In this document: positions 62,757-64,000 of the stretch, piece by piece
How the letters are laid out: each line of letters opens with the position of its first letter
Position numbering within the stretch: position 1 is the stretch's first letter
Source of the DNA: Felis catus
Taxonomy: Eukaryota
NCBI RefSeq assembly: GCF_018350175.1
Contig: NC_058368.1
Location: forward strand, 214,088,001 to 214,152,000
Length of the DNA stretch: 64,000 bases
Direction of reading: 5' to 3'
Made by a program: the position numbers and the translations under genes
Notes under the pieces: generated by a model
Seen by the model: only the letters and a program-made list of their open reading frames with translations
Told to the model about the DNA's origin: nothing
The model's database searches: none

Positions 62757-62996
62757 TATATTTATTTGTTTAAATCTTTATTTTGAGAGAGAGAGAGAGA
62801 GAGAGCAAGAGCACACTCTGCATGTAAGCACCAGCAGGAGGAGGGGCAGAGAGCGAGGAGAGAGAGAATCCCAAGCAGTCTCCGTGCTGTCAGCACAGAG
62901 CCCTATACGGGGCTCAGTCTCACCAACCATGAGATCATGACCCGAGCCAAAATCAAGAGTCAGGCACTTAACTGACTGAGCCACCTAGGCGTCCCC
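62757..62996 (-). mobile_element. Can-SINE
   Basis: Reverse head TGAGCCACCTAGGCGTCCCC; ATGTTAT(A/C)TTTATT flanks. Confidence 0.93.
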
Positions 62997-63260
62997 ATGT
63001 TATCTTTATTTTAAAGGAACACCGATTCAATCATTTCCCATTGGAGAGATGGAGGGGAAGATGAAGATCTTTTTAAAAATGGTTAAAGCCACCAAATGTG
63101 AAATTTGTAACCTATGATATACTGATTTAGAAATTTTTCCCCCAAATAACCCCCAAAAGGCCAATAGAAATTATTTTCAAGAGACAATCCACAATCTTTC
63201 ATAGTATCTAAATTTTGAAGGGCCGTATAATTGTGTGCATGCCCATGTGTGCGTGCCTGT

Positions 63261-63261
<1 letters not shown>

Positions 63262-63307
<46 letters not shown>
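63262..63307. repeat. (GT)n microsatellite
   Basis: Visible. Confidence 0.95.
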
Positions 63308-63308
<1 letters not shown>

Positions 63309-64000
63309 GCTTTCCAGAATGTAGATATTTCTTCATGTTGCTTTATGGTAGTTGAGTTCAAACAAGAAGAATTCTCAGAAAAAGATCAGTACAACTTGTT
63401 AGCCTCCAATTTATCATCCACCTATCCAAGATTTAATGGTTGTGTTAACCCGGAGTCTCAAGAATAATTATAGTCTAAACCAAGTCCTTAAAGTAAGGAG
63501 ATGAAAAGAACTGTATAAAGCGAAGGCTGTCATGAAATAGAAATTGCACAAGCAAGGGAACTTTCATCGTGTTGAGTAAGTACTTACTATGGGATTCTTT
63601 TTTAAATTAAGGTGCCAGGTAAGTTGGATGAAAATAAAATATGTATGATTAGCAGGGAATACCTTGGCCCAGAGTAGTTGGATAGGAGTGGAAAAAGGAC
63701 AGAAAGGTGGCTTTTTCCCCCCAAGTCATTACCAGCTTAGTTCACAGAAAAGTTATTTCAAATACTTTCTTTGAAAGACTGCTTTGAGGTCTGCTTTTAA
63801 TTTGAACAGTTAAATATCATATTCATGCCAATGAATCTTTTTCCTCGTTTTAATATCATTAAGAAGAAAGCCTCCCAGGCCAGAGTGAATAGTGTAATTG
63901 CTTAAAAGAAGAAATATATAACATGCATATTTAATTCAAACCTTTAAAACAATTTCCTTATGTTGACTTGGCACCTTTGTTTATGTAAGACAGCCTTTTA

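Noticed and set aside
1399..62984. Many 60-130 aa ORFs sharing WVAQSVKRPTSAQVMIS...SLEPASDSVSPSLSAPP
   Set aside because: They are translations of Can-SINE copies, not a gene family or a CRISPR-like array; spacing is irregular and the copies have TSDs and poly-A tails.
48760..64000. CDH6 exon 1 or promoter
   Set aside because: No CpG island or convincing first exon seen; this appears to be intron 1, with the promoter beyond the window.

Overview
Mammalian genomic DNA, almost certainly a felid: about 25 tRNA-derived Can-SINEs, several matching the young feline SINEC_Fc type. The window holds most of CDH6 (cadherin-6/K-cadherin, a type II classical cadherin) on the minus strand. Ten coding exons (exons 2-11; 228, 295, 120, 168, 188, 254, 137, 122, 118 and 252 coding nt, 1882 nt in total) all have GT-AG boundaries and join in one open frame. 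They encode the signal peptide, a prodomain with an RSKR furin site, EC1-EC5 and most of the transmembrane helix. The non-coding exon 1 (beyond 64000) and the last exon with the catenin-binding tail (before base 1) lie outside the window. The rest is intronic: SINEs, MIR, L2 and L1 fragments, MLT1 LTRs, hAT DNA-transposon relics and microsatellites. Strongest observation: exon 11 stays open for 35 codons into intron 11 and ends in a TAG fused to a consensus splice donor (TAG|GTGAGT). This predicts an NMD-escaping 662-aa isoform with a shortened TM helix, no catenin-binding tail and a PDZ-ligand-like C-terminus (-YSPL). Other observations: a 7-codon uORF in exon 2, repeated SINE insertion at one site, and nested or inverted SINEs that could form dsRNA. 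No prokaryotic-type system is present. Exon numbering and human comparisons are from recall and were not checked; repeat boundaries are by eye.
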